Origin: Myxococcota bacterium
GTDB taxonomy: Bacteria > Myxococcota > XYA12-FULL-58-9 > JABJBS01
Reading direction: 5' to 3'
Length of the DNA: 64,000 bases
NCBI GenBank assembly: GCA_036339465.1
Contig: JAYZAY010000043.1
Span: 2,833-66,832 of the forward strand
Under the pieces are notes generated by a model. The model searched no databases, was not told where the DNA came from, and saw nothing but the letters and a program-made list of their open reading frames with translations. The position numbers and the translations under genes were made by a program. Positions 20,141 to 29,928 of this stretch are shown in pieces (within the stretch, counting starts at the first letter, position 1; the number at the start of each line of letters is the position of its first letter).

Positions 20141-20473
20141 ATGCAACTTTTCACTTTGGCACTCTTAACGTCCTCGCTCCTCGGAGCAGTGGATCCGGAA
20201 ACAGATCTCACGCTCGTCCCTGGATCCGTCGCCCTAGAAGAACCTCGGCGTTACGAGTCACCGCGAAACTACGACGACACCCTTAAATATATGCGCGCCG
20301 TAACCACAAAAACGCGGACCAAACTCCGGCGAATCGTGAATCGACCAGGACTCCGAGCCCACCACATTGCCAGCCGCGATCCCAAAACAAAATGGGAGGG
20401 CGTCAATATATACCAATGGAAAGGGCACATTCGTTATTTCATTTTACTACGCCAAGACACACCCAAAAAATAG
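20141..20473 (+). CDS. Small secreted hypothetical protein (110 aa)
   Basis: SD aggag 8 nt upstream. N-terminal signal peptide MQLFTLALLTSSLLGAV. Confidence 0.5.
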   Translation: MQLFTLALLTSSLLGAVDPETDLTLVPGSVALEEPRRYESPRNYDDTLKYMRAVTTKTRTKLRRIVNRPGLRAHHIASRDPKTKWEGVNIYQWKGHIRYFILLRQDTPKK

Positions 20474-20499
20474 GATTACCCCTTCCTTAGGGCACCAAC

Positions 20500-21453
20500 C
20501 TATCGAGGCCTACCCTTGAGATATTCGGGGCCATCATCCTCAACCTCAACTTCCTCCTTCTCTATTTCCGGTCTTAGAACCTCCCTCAATATTTCCGTAT
20601 CTCGTTTGGTGGCATCGTCCACCGTTTCGAGGGTTCTCGGCATCACGTCCCGTTGATCAATAACGATCTCCACCCGCCGATTTCTAGCGCGGCCAGTCGA
20701 TGTCTTATTCTCCCCCAAAGGTCTTGTGGCACCATGACCATTGAGAACGAAACGCGCTGGAGACAAGACTTGCTCTTTCAATAGCGCATGGATTACCGAA
20801 AAGGCCCGCGACCCGGAGAGCTCCCAGTTCGACCTAAACCGCTTACTTTTCATGGGGGTATTGTCCGTATGCCCCGACACCGAAATCGCCCCCTCTATTT
20901 TCGCCAGTGCATCCCTAAGCCGTTTCGCCACCGGCATGAATTGCTGCTTTAGGTCGGCACTCCCTGCCGAAAACGAGCCACTTTGTAGAATTCGTACCGT
21001 GATCATACGCTCGCGAACTTCCAGCTCAATCTGGCGCCTCATAATCTCGGGCTTCAATAGTTTCTTGAGTTTGTCAGCATCGATGACGGTTTTCTTTTGT
21101 AGCTCTTTCTCCAATGCATCAGCCTGGGTCAATATATCGTCCACACTCAAGTCCTGCAAAGCTGACTGCGGAGGTGCACCCAACCCCTTGGCCAATCCCT
21201 CCGCCATGGCCTTGAATTTTTCGACATCGATGGTCGCCATACTTAAAAGCATGACGAAAAAACACATGAGCAGCGACATCAAGTCGGCGAAGGTTGTGAC
21301 CCACATGGGGGCACCGGGATCCGCCTCTTTTTCAAGAGGACTCTCGGGCTCTTCATCGCCATGGTCACCACCACGTGAAGGAGCCTCTCCTTTTGGGGGA
21401 GGGCTTTGCTCTGGCTCCTTCTCGGTGAGCGCTTTATCCTCTTGTTCTGCCAA
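20500..21453 (-). CDS. motB: MotB-family stator/OmpA-like protein, paralogue 1, with an acidic N-terminal extension
   Basis: MotB plug/TM motif PMWVTTFADLMSLLMCFFVMLLSMA with the conserved Asp. C-terminal OmpA-like peptidoglycan-binding domain (SGHTDNTPM...NRRVEIVI). About 48 aa of E/P-rich sequence precede the TM. Confidence 0.8.
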   Translation of the reverse strand: MAEQEDKALTEKEPEQSPPPKGEAPSRGGDHGDEEPESPLEKEADPGAPMWVTTFADLMSLLMCFFVMLLSMATIDVEKFKAMAEGLAKGLGAPPQSALQDLSVDDILTQADALEKELQKKTVIDADKLKKLLKPEIMRRQIELEVRERMITVRILQSGSFSAGSADLKQQFMPVAKRLRDALAKIEGAISVSGHTDNTPMKSKRFRSNWELSGSRAFSVIHALLKEQVLSPARFVLNGHGATRPLGENKTSTGRARNRRVEIVIDQRDVMPRTLETVDDATKRDTEILREVLRPEIEKEEVEVEDDGPEYLKGRPR

Positions 21454-21633
21454 TGGAATACCGTTTCCTCTAAAAGCTTTGTTCCTTAATTATTCACAAA
21501 ATACCATCGCAAAACCAAGCATGTCCTTTAGTTCTTGCATTTTCGTCCAATTGAGAGACATATCAAAAGAAGCGTGCGTTTCGGACAACAATGAACCTCA
21601 ATACCCCTACACCCAAGCGATGATCGTTTAAGC

Positions 21634-22689
21634 ATGACTTCAATACCGGGAAATCCTAAGGGGACCGATTCTGGCGAAGGTGAAAATACCCCTTCGGGGG
21701 AATCGGTCCAAAACAATTCAGGGACAAATTCCGACCCGACAAAACCAAACTCAGCCCCCGAAACACCCAAGCGCGGCATCTCCGTGGAAGAGGCGCAAGC
21801 TCTTGCCGCTCCGACACCTCCCAACGATGACGACGACGACGATGAAGAGCCCCCAGGTCCCCCACGCGAGGACGAAGGAGGCGGCGCCCCTCGCTGGGTG
21901 ACAACCTTCGCCGACTTGATGTCGCTCCTCATGTGTTTTTTCGTCATGCTCGTCGCATCGGCCAACCTGGAAAAAACCACCTTCAAAGAAATGGTCGAAT
22001 CCATGCACGAAGGCTTCGGAATTTCAGATTCCAAAAAGATGGAAGAATTTACCATCACCGATGTGCTATCCCAAGCCGACCTCCTCAAGGCAGCCAAACA
22101 GGAAAAATCCCGTAAACAAGCCGCCAAACTTAGGGAGGTTTTGAAACGCGAGATCGTTGAGGGCAAAATTGAGGTAGAAAGCGGCGTCGAAAAAATAACC
22201 ATCCAAGTACTCTCTGCAAGTTCCTTTAGCTCCGGCTCCGCCAACCTCAAATCGGGCTTTAAACCTGTGGCCAAAAAGATCCGAGAATCTCTCATCAATA
22301 TACCCGGGGTCATCACCATATCGGGTCACACAGACAACACCCCCATCCACTCAAGAAAGATTCGTTCAAACTGGGAATTGTCATCAGCACGGGCCTTCTC
22401 CGTCATGCACGAGCTACAAAAAAGTCAGAAGCTTCCAGCCGACCGATTTATATTAAGAGGCTATGCCGACACTCGCCCCAGAGTGCCAAACAATTCAGCT
22501 GCCAATCGGTCCAAGAATCGCCGAGTTGAGATTATGGTCGATCAAAGAGAGAGCTCACAACAGCCAGGCGCCCATGGCCAAAAACAAGACGGAGAAACCA
22601 AGCCAGAAAAGGAACCGATCATCATCAACGCCGACACAATGGAACAATTTGAGAACGAGACCATCCACAAACTCTTGGAGGAGAAATAG
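21634..22689 (+). CDS. motB: MotB-family stator/OmpA-like protein, paralogue 2, with a long disordered acidic N-terminal extension
   Basis: APRWVTTFADLMSLLMCFFVMLVASA, then SGHTDNTPIHSRKIRSNWELSSARAF and NRRVEIMV. About 90 aa of low-complexity sequence (DDDDDDEEPPGPPREDEGGG) precede the TM. Confidence 0.8.
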   Translation: MTSIPGNPKGTDSGEGENTPSGESVQNNSGTNSDPTKPNSAPETPKRGISVEEAQALAAPTPPNDDDDDDEEPPGPPREDEGGGAPRWVTTFADLMSLLMCFFVMLVASANLEKTTFKEMVESMHEGFGISDSKKMEEFTITDVLSQADLLKAAKQEKSRKQAAKLREVLKREIVEGKIEVESGVEKITIQVLSASSFSSGSANLKSGFKPVAKKIRESLINIPGVITISGHTDNTPIHSRKIRSNWELSSARAFSVMHELQKSQKLPADRFILRGYADTRPRVPNNSAANRSKNRRVEIMVDQRESSQQPGAHGQKQDGETKPEKEPIIINADTMEQFENETIHKLLEEK

Positions 22690-22712
22690 ACCGATGACCG
22701 CCGAAGAAACAA

Positions 22713-25442
22713 CTATTCCACATCCCATACTCGGATAATTCGGTCTGCCCCACCCGAGTAAAGAAGCTTACCCCCAGGTTCAAACCTCACAGCCATCACC
22801 GACCCCTGATGACCGGTATATTTAGCAACCTCGACGCCAGTGGCGACCCGCCAGATGCGCACAGTGCCATCATCGGATCCTGTGGCCAACAAAACACCAT
22901 CGGATGAAAAGTCCACCGCTCTAACCCCGCCCGTGTGTCCAAAAATATTCCGAATTAAACTGCCTTTTTTCCCGTTCCAAAGCCTTAAGGACAAATCGAA
23001 ACCAGCACTGGCCACCGTGAGACTCTTTTTTCGTGGGGAAAATGCTAGTTCCGAAATCACGTGCTTATGTTTCTCCAAACGATGAGTGATGTCTCCCGAA
23101 CCAGCCCTAACCACAACCACTTCCTTATCCGTAGCCAAGGCAAAAAATCGGCCATTCGCAGAACTGGCCACGCTTCGAACCGGCTTCTTAAAGCGTATCA
23201 TCTCCTTACGTAATACCCCTGACTTGGCCCCCCAAACTAAGACTCGACCTTCCTTATCCACAGAAACCAAAGACCGGCCATCTCGACTAAAGGCAACCCC
23301 GTAAACCCAATCATCATGTTCTGCGAGTTCGTGTTTCTCAGACCAATCCTCCGCCGACCAAACCTTGATGGTTTTGTCTCGACTACCTGAAGCGAGTAGA
23401 GAACCATCCTTATTCACAACCAGATCTTCAATCGCACCTGTGTGCCCACCAAGCTCCTCAATTGCTTTCCCGCTTTTGACATCCCAAACTTTAATATTTC
23501 CGCCCAAGTCGCCGGTCGCAATCTTTTGCCCTCCAAGCGCCACCATCGCTGTAATACCTTCTTCGTGACCCTTCAAACGCATACGCTCTTGACTTAGCTG
23601 AACGTCCCAAACCCGTATACGGTCGTCGAGACCGGCCGAGAGGACCAACTTATTATCTGACGAAACATCCAGCCCAATAACACCCTGCTTATGGGCCCGT
23701 AACACCCTTAGAATCTTTTTCTCATTGACATCCCAAACTCGGATAGTCCAATCATTGCTGGCCGACAAGAGAACGCTATCCCCTGCGGCAAATTTGAGAC
23801 GCGTTACGACATCTTCATGCCCTTCTAAGCGATGCAATAACTTCGTCCCCTCCTTATTAAAGAGATAGATATAATTGCCGCCAGCAACAGCCAACAGGTC
23901 AAGCTCACTGGCCCACTCCATGGCTTCAACAACCCCCCTATTGAACGGAATTTTCTTGAATTGCTCCCCCGATTCCGTTTTCCACCAGGCAAAGCTCTGG
24001 TCCCAACTTCCGGTCCCTATATAAGCATCATCCGGAGAAAAGCTGAGGGCTCGGATATCCCGTTTGTGCGCTTGCTTGGCCCAAATCATTTTCTCTTTTT
24101 CAATCAAATATAGCGCTAATTTTCCATCGAGCCCTGAGGCGACAAAACGCGTACCATCGTGACTAAAGGCCAAGCCAATCACACCTGAACCAGGAAACGC
24201 ATATCTCCGCACAACTCTCAGGGTTTCCAAATCCCAAAGCCGAATATACTTACCTCGGTCTGAGGAAACCAGGAAGCGTCCTTCACGATCCGCAGCCACC
24301 GCTAACACCTCATCCAGATGGCCTGCAAGAGTCTCCTGATGCTCAAGTTTACGATTCCACAGCTCAATCCGGTCCCCCGAACAGGAAACCACCCATTGTC
24401 TTTTTGGGACCCATGTCGCACATCGAACCGCACCCCTATGCTTATAGCTGAAGCTCCGAGGTAAGATATCCATATCCCAAACAAGAACTTGATTCTTAAA
24501 TGAAGCCGTCACCGCTTGTTTTCGACGGCGATTCATCGCCCCAACCATCGCGGCTTCTCCCACGAAAAAGAGTCCCCGCTCCTCTCCAGTCCGAACATTC
24601 CAATAACGAATGGTTTGGTCACCCGAGAGAGAGAAAAACGTCTGACGGCTCTTCATCCACCCCAGGGAAAGGACCTCTCCCAAATGCTCTTCAATACGGT
24701 AATTTCTCTCCGGACGCCCCATATAGTGGAGATTAATGTTGGCGTCCCAGCCCGCCGAAATCACGAGGTCACGAGACGGCTCGTATAACACGGAAGAAAC
24801 CACTCCTTCATGGGGACTCCAGCGCTCCAAAACCTTAAGCTTATCAATGTTTATCCTCAATACCGCCCCTTGGTCAGTTCCCACCAACATCCAATCCCTA
24901 CCTTTAACGAATTCGACCACCGTCGCCGCATGCCCCGAAGGCAGCCGGACCTTCTTTAAAAGTCGTCCCTTCCAGCTCCATAGCCTAAGCTCGCCTTCAC
25001 GCCCCCCAGAAACCAAACGATTTTCCGACACAAACTCGACCGAGGTTACCGCCCCACGGTGCTGGCCCATTTGCACTTTAAGTTTGCCGTTTTCCCAAAA
25101 CCAAATCCGAATTGCGCCATCAAAGGCACCCGTGGCAACGAATCTTTCGTTGGGAGAGATTGCCATCGACACCACCCCGCCCAGGTTCCCTTCGATAATC
25201 CGTTCTAATTTTCCGGTTCTCCGGTTCCAAACACGCAATTGTCCAGTTGAACCGCCGCTGATAATATTGCGATCGCGATTCAGCAACGAGACCACTCGAA
25301 TGGTCCCCTTATGCCCCTTTAGCTTCAGTGTTGGCTGCCCAGACCGCTGTCCAAACACGCCGGCGGGTAAGCAAATCAAGAGCAAGCAAAAAATAAGTAA
25401 TGAACTCCGCACCACAACCCCCAAAAAACACTCCCCAAGCAT
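22713..25442 (-). CDS. Secreted WD40-repeat protein (about 20 WD repeats, likely three beta-propellers)
   Basis: N-terminal signal peptide MLGECFLGVVVRSSLLIFCLLLICLPAGVFGQ. Reiterated GH..V..V.FS.DG..L.SGS.D.T.R.WD units across 909 aa. Confidence 0.85.
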   Translation of the reverse strand: MLGECFLGVVVRSSLLIFCLLLICLPAGVFGQRSGQPTLKLKGHKGTIRVVSLLNRDRNIISGGSTGQLRVWNRRTGKLERIIEGNLGGVVSMAISPNERFVATGAFDGAIRIWFWENGKLKVQMGQHRGAVTSVEFVSENRLVSGGREGELRLWSWKGRLLKKVRLPSGHAATVVEFVKGRDWMLVGTDQGAVLRINIDKLKVLERWSPHEGVVSSVLYEPSRDLVISAGWDANINLHYMGRPERNYRIEEHLGEVLSLGWMKSRQTFFSLSGDQTIRYWNVRTGEERGLFFVGEAAMVGAMNRRRKQAVTASFKNQVLVWDMDILPRSFSYKHRGAVRCATWVPKRQWVVSCSGDRIELWNRKLEHQETLAGHLDEVLAVAADREGRFLVSSDRGKYIRLWDLETLRVVRRYAFPGSGVIGLAFSHDGTRFVASGLDGKLALYLIEKEKMIWAKQAHKRDIRALSFSPDDAYIGTGSWDQSFAWWKTESGEQFKKIPFNRGVVEAMEWASELDLLAVAGGNYIYLFNKEGTKLLHRLEGHEDVVTRLKFAAGDSVLLSASNDWTIRVWDVNEKKILRVLRAHKQGVIGLDVSSDNKLVLSAGLDDRIRVWDVQLSQERMRLKGHEEGITAMVALGGQKIATGDLGGNIKVWDVKSGKAIEELGGHTGAIEDLVVNKDGSLLASGSRDKTIKVWSAEDWSEKHELAEHDDWVYGVAFSRDGRSLVSVDKEGRVLVWGAKSGVLRKEMIRFKKPVRSVASSANGRFFALATDKEVVVVRAGSGDITHRLEKHKHVISELAFSPRKKSLTVASAGFDLSLRLWNGKKGSLIRNIFGHTGGVRAVDFSSDGVLLATGSDDGTVRIWRVATGVEVAKYTGHQGSVMAVRFEPGGKLLYSGGADRIIRVWDVE

Positions 25443-25526
25443 TGAATCAAGTGCAGTTTTAGGTCAGAGCGCACTCTTTGACCAACAGTACCCCATGGGC
25501 TACCATAAAAGAGAGGAGAGAGGTTC

Positions 25527-26720
25527 TTGGCTTCAAAAGAAAAATCGATAAAACCGACTATTTTGTGTGTCGACGACGAAATCGCCGTCCTCGAAGGCCT
25601 TCAACTGAATCTCCGGCGAGCGGGAACTGTCCATACCGCCACCAGCGGAAAAGAAGGCCTAGAACGCATCTCCAACAGCGAGAAGCCCTTCGCGATCATT
25701 ATTTCCGATATGCGAATGCCCGAAATGAATGGCGCCGAATTTCTCCAACACGCCCGCCAAATAAGCCCCAATTCGGTTCGAATTCTGCTCACCGGACAAA
25801 CCGAAATAGAATCTGCGATTTCTGCCGTCAACGATGGTGGCATCTTCTGCTACCTCCAAAAGCCCTGCCCCAAAGAAAAACTTTTGGAAATCATCGAGGA
25901 GTCCACCAAAGAATTTCAACTTCGAGAAGAAGAAAGAGAAATTCTCGAGCAAACACTTTGGTCGAGCGTCAGCGTCATGTCCGAGATTCTTGGAGTCGTC
26001 AACGAAGCCGCGTTTGGGCATGCCGAACTCATGCGCGTCGTGGTCCTTCATCTCGCCAAAAGCCTCGCGTTGGAGAACGTCTATGAATTCGAATTAGCAG
26101 CCATGCTCTCACAGCTAGGATGCATGGGAATGCCTAGTGAGAGCATCGAAAAGATCCACACGCCTTCCCAAATGACAAGAGAAGAACAAGAAGCCTATCG
26201 CCAACACCCCAAGATAGGCCAAGAATTGCTTGAAAAAATACCTCGACTTGAAGACGTGGCCCTTATGATCGGAAACCAGTTCCGGAAATTCCCCCCCGTG
26301 GAATTGGACCAGCCGGTTTATCTCGAAAACCGGAGGGTCTTGGGCGCAAAAATGCTTCGAATAGCTGTCGATGTCAGCCGATGGCTCGCCAGCGGCAAAA
26401 CCCTACCCGAAATCCAAGACCGAATAGACGGCCGACCACAAAATTACGACACGCGACTTATTGAGGCCCTTAGGAGCCTCAAGCTTCCGAAACCCAAGAA
26501 AGTATTACAGATGCTCAACGTCGACGAAATTGGTGTGGGCATGGAACTCGCGGCCGTCGTGGAAACCATCACCGGAACACGGGTTTTCCTCCCAGGTAAA
26601 ATCGTGACTCCCTTGGCAATAGAAAGGCTGATTCGCTTTCACCAAGGCGTCGGTATCAAAGAACCACTCAGAGTGTTGGCGCCGCCACCAAAAGCTTCAC
26701 CAAAATTGATTCAAACTTAG
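25527..26720 (+). CDS. Response regulator: REC domain plus degenerate (probably catalytically inactive) HD-GYP domain
   Basis: REC: ILCVDDE...IISDMRMPEMNG...KPC. The C-terminal domain aligns to HD-GYP architecture (HPKIGQELL, AKMLRIAVDVSRW), but HD is replaced by SQ (LSQLGCMG) and the HHExxDGSGYP block is absent (GNQFRKFPP). Confidence 0.7.
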   Translation: MASKEKSIKPTILCVDDEIAVLEGLQLNLRRAGTVHTATSGKEGLERISNSEKPFAIIISDMRMPEMNGAEFLQHARQISPNSVRILLTGQTEIESAISAVNDGGIFCYLQKPCPKEKLLEIIEESTKEFQLREEEREILEQTLWSSVSVMSEILGVVNEAAFGHAELMRVVVLHLAKSLALENVYEFELAAMLSQLGCMGMPSESIEKIHTPSQMTREEQEAYRQHPKIGQELLEKIPRLEDVALMIGNQFRKFPPVELDQPVYLENRRVLGAKMLRIAVDVSRWLASGKTLPEIQDRIDGRPQNYDTRLIEALRSLKLPKPKKVLQMLNVDEIGVGMELAAVVETITGTRVFLPGKIVTPLAIERLIRFHQGVGIKEPLRVLAPPPKASPKLIQT

Positions 26721-26815
26721 AATTGTAGGCTAAAAACACATATGATAACTAGGCAACACGGGCAGGAATCGACACCACCTTGTTTTGCGCTCTCCCCATT
26801 TGGAGGAATGTTTCG

Positions 26816-27583
26816 GTGCCAGATTACGCAACTCTTATTGGGCTTGTAGGCTCCTTTGCCATTGTGGGAATGGCAATTATGCAAGGTGAAGGCGGACTCA
26901 TGCTCTTCATCAACGTGCCTTCCCTCCTCATCGTCATTGTAGGGAGTATCTTCGTCGCACTTATGAAATTCGGCCTCAAGCAGTTCTTAGGTGCCATCGG
27001 CGTAGCTCTGAAGGCTTTCTTCTTCAAACTTGAACAACCTACCGATCTAATCGAACAAGCCGTTAACCTTGCCAACAAGGCCCGAAAAGAAGGCATCATC
27101 TCCCTTGAAGAAGAAACCATCACCAATGGCTTCCTGCAAAAGGGCGTTGAATTTCTAGTAGATAATGTAGATGGCAAGGTTATCAAAACCACCCTCTACA
27201 AAGAAATGAATCAAGCCATGGAGCGCCATGACGGAGGTATCAAGATATTCAAAGCCATCGGCGACGTGGGCCCTGCAATGGGAATGATTGGTACACTTGT
27301 GGGACTCGTACAAATGCTCGCGGCCATGGACGATCCGAAAACCATCGGCCCCGCAATGGCGGTAGCACTCCTAACAACCCTTTATGGCGCGATACTCGGT
27401 AATATGTTCGCCTTACCTATCGCCGATAAATTGACCCTCAGAAATCAAGAGGAGCGAATTGTTAAGTTACTCCTAATCGACACAATCCTAGCGATCCAAG
27501 CTGAACTCCACCCCAGAGTTTTGGAAGAATCTCTTCAGCCCTATCTCGCTGAGTCGAAGCGGAAGAAAGAAGAGGAAAAGTAA
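26816..27583 (+). CDS. motA: MotA/PomA-family flagellar stator protein (MotA/TolQ/ExbB superfamily)
   Basis: AIGDVGPAMGMIGTLVGLVQML and AVALLTTLYGAILGNMFALPIADKL motifs. 4-TM topology. SD ggagga 8 nt before GTG 26816. The ORF track ATG at 26780 lacks an RBS. Confidence 0.85.
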   Translation: MPDYATLIGLVGSFAIVGMAIMQGEGGLMLFINVPSLLIVIVGSIFVALMKFGLKQFLGAIGVALKAFFFKLEQPTDLIEQAVNLANKARKEGIISLEEETITNGFLQKGVEFLVDNVDGKVIKTTLYKEMNQAMERHDGGIKIFKAIGDVGPAMGMIGTLVGLVQMLAAMDDPKTIGPAMAVALLTTLYGAILGNMFALPIADKLTLRNQEERIVKLLLIDTILAIQAELHPRVLEESLQPYLAESKRKKEEEK

Positions 27584-27589
27584 TTACTC

Positions 27590-28411
27590 ATGACCGATGA
27601 AACAGACATCGAGACACCTCCATCAAGTTCTTCCGACAATGGCGATTTCGAACAAACTCTTGAAACCGCCCATCTCGTTCTGAGAATTGTTCAAAGCGTG
27701 ATCGAAGCCCAAGCCGCGTCTCAACCCGACTCACCCAACTACTATGAAATTAGCGAAGCCGTAAACGCACTTCAAAAGACCCCGGGACTCCTAGAAAACA
27801 TTCTCAAGGGCGAGCTGCAGCCCAAGCAAGTTATCCGGTATGTTCGCGATCCCTTTGGCCGAATTATCGTCGCTCCATTCGCAAAATTATTTCAAATAGC
27901 CCCCTCCGAAAACAACGCTAAAAAAGACACACCACTTTCGAGGCGGTTTCTCCCTGGCTTTTTTGTGGCCATTCGACTGATGATTGGCGGAGACCTATAC
28001 GAAAGGCTCCATCAACAGGCACAACATATCCTTGAGGAGCACCGCCATAGATTCCCAAATCAGGACGATGAAGAGTTCTGGAAAACCATCTACAAAGATT
28101 CACGCTCACGCGAAATACAGGCAAATCTGTATTCCGTCGTTGCATCAAGATTTTCCCCCTTCGAAAAACGACTCGACTGGTTCTTAAACATCATCAATAA
28201 GAAAGCGCCTGGTTCAAAAAAAGTCAGCCAAGATACACAAGTTGAGCCCTTCGATACGAAGGCACTATTGACGGTATTTCGTGCGATTTACCTAGAAAAC
28301 GATCCGCAAACCCTCAAGGGGCACTTTGACGAGTTTCTCAAAACAAATCCGCTACAACCAGAACAATCAGAAACATTTCACGGTTGGATCGACCACCTAC
28401 GAAACATCTGA
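27590..28411 (+). CDS. Hypothetical soluble protein (273 aa) in the position normally held by MotB
   Basis: Begins 7 bp after the motA stop with SD agaggaaaag. It has no TM plug and no OmpA domain, and an acidic S/D-rich N-terminus. Confidence 0.6.
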   Translation: MTDETDIETPPSSSSDNGDFEQTLETAHLVLRIVQSVIEAQAASQPDSPNYYEISEAVNALQKTPGLLENILKGELQPKQVIRYVRDPFGRIIVAPFAKLFQIAPSENNAKKDTPLSRRFLPGFFVAIRLMIGGDLYERLHQQAQHILEEHRHRFPNQDDEEFWKTIYKDSRSREIQANLYSVVASRFSPFEKRLDWFLNIINKKAPGSKKVSQDTQVEPFDTKALLTVFRAIYLENDPQTLKGHFDEFLKTNPLQPEQSETFHGWIDHLRNI

Positions 28412-28416
28412 CCCAT

Positions 28417-29652
28417 TTAGGTGCGAAACTCAGCCGCCATACGTTGTATTTGCAAAGTATTAGAGATGATTGTTTGAGCCGCAGTCTCAGCCCGATTAAC
28501 GGCGTCAACAGTCTGCTCAACCGCTCCCGCCACCTGGGAAATACTATCTGCAATCTCCGTCGTACCACCCGCCGCTTCATGTAGATGGCGCCCCATTTCC
28601 TGAGCCGTAACGGTCTGTTCCTGAACCGAACTGGCAATGGTCGTTTGGTATTCATTCACTTGAGTAATGATCTCCATAATTTGGCCAATGGCAGTCACCG
28701 CCCCATCCATGTCCGATTGGATTGCGGTAATCTGTAGCGTAATGGATTCAGTTGCCTTGGTGGTTTCTTTGGCGAGCTCCTTCACCTCGTTGGCAACAAC
28801 CGCAAAGCCCTTACCCGCTTCACCGGCACGCGCGGCCTCAATCGTCGCATTGAGCGCGAGGAGGTTTGTTTGTTCCGCAATGCTCCCAATAACCTTAACC
28901 ACCGATCCCACTTCTTTACTGGTGACATCTAGCTTACTGACCATCGCTGTGGTTGTCTCGGCAATATCCACTGCAGATTGCGCCACCTTCGATGCTTGAC
29001 GAGCATTGGCGGCAATCTCCTTAATATTTGAGCCCATTTCTTCCACACCCACCGCCACAGTCTGGACATTCTCACTCACCTGAGAGGCCGTCGCCGAAAG
29101 GCGACTTGTCTCCGCAGACGACGCACTGGAATCCGCGACCATTTTTTGGCTCGTTACCTGGAGCTCTCGAATTGAGCCACCCAAATTATCCTTGGAATCA
29201 TTGATTGAACCTACCAGGGTCCTAACACCCGTTAAGGCAGTACGAAGCTTCGTCGCCATCGCGCCAAACTCCGCACCAACATTTAAATCCCCTCGGCTCA
29301 AAGTATCCAAAAGAGTATCGCTCGCCCCTCCCCCTTCGGCCGCTCCTTTCATCGTCATCTTCGCCGTACCTACAATGGCACCCCAGCTGACCAAGAAAAT
29401 CCCCAGCAGAGAACCCAAGGGGACTTCCTGCCCACTGTCGTTCTTTTTACTCGAAAGCGCAGCTTCACCATCCTGAGCATCGGCATCAGTCTCCACCACC
29501 TCGGCCATTTCTGCGGGACCCGAAGAAGAAACCGAGTAACTCGCAAACACCGAAAACCCCACCGCTAACATCGAGGCCAAAGCAAGTTTCGTAAAACCAT
29601 CCGGTACCCCGCTACTCTCGCTTCCAAAATCGCTCTCTGAATCAGCAACCAT
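28417..29652 (-). CDS. Methyl-accepting chemotaxis protein with a very short periplasmic loop
   Basis: Highly conserved MCP signalling domain [35 protein letters not shown]. Two N-terminal TM helices. Confidence 0.9.
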   Translation of the reverse strand: MVADSESDFGSESSGVPDGFTKLALASMLAVGFSVFASYSVSSSGPAEMAEVVETDADAQDGEAALSSKKNDSGQEVPLGSLLGIFLVSWGAIVGTAKMTMKGAAEGGGASDTLLDTLSRGDLNVGAEFGAMATKLRTALTGVRTLVGSINDSKDNLGGSIRELQVTSQKMVADSSASSAETSRLSATASQVSENVQTVAVGVEEMGSNIKEIAANARQASKVAQSAVDIAETTTAMVSKLDVTSKEVGSVVKVIGSIAEQTNLLALNATIEAARAGEAGKGFAVVANEVKELAKETTKATESITLQITAIQSDMDGAVTAIGQIMEIITQVNEYQTTIASSVQEQTVTAQEMGRHLHEAAGGTTEIADSISQVAGAVEQTVDAVNRAETAAQTIISNTLQIQRMAAEFRT

Positions 29653-29928
29653 TGCTTCGCCCCAGTCATCACTATGATTAAGATAAGAACACGAAATACC
29701 AACTAACTTTAACCCATCTTGGAGAACGAGTGCGAGCTTTCAGAAAAAAAGAAAGCCGATTTCCTGCGCCATGCCCTTAAATACAAGAAAGGGGGCATCA
29801 ATCTCTTGGCTCAAAGGAGAAAGACAAAGCCATATTCGCGACATCAGTGGCTATTTCGATTTAACAAGTGTATGGGGCACCGTCATTGGAGATCAGGTCA
29901 CGAATATTAGGTAATGAGAGGGCTATTC

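Noticed and set aside
20741-22319. Long antisense ORFs (296 aa and 263 aa) opposite the two motB genes
   Set aside because: The opposite strands carry strong MotB/OmpA motifs. The antisense translations are Ser/Ala/Cys-rich without motifs, typical of shadow ORFs.
26780-27583. MotA/MotB reinterpreted as ZorA/ZorB (Zorya anti-phage system)
   Set aside because: MotA here is about 255 aa with no long C-terminal tail, whereas ZorA is about 700 aa. No ZorC- or ZorD-like genes are present. The MCP, Hpt and FliD-like context fits motility.
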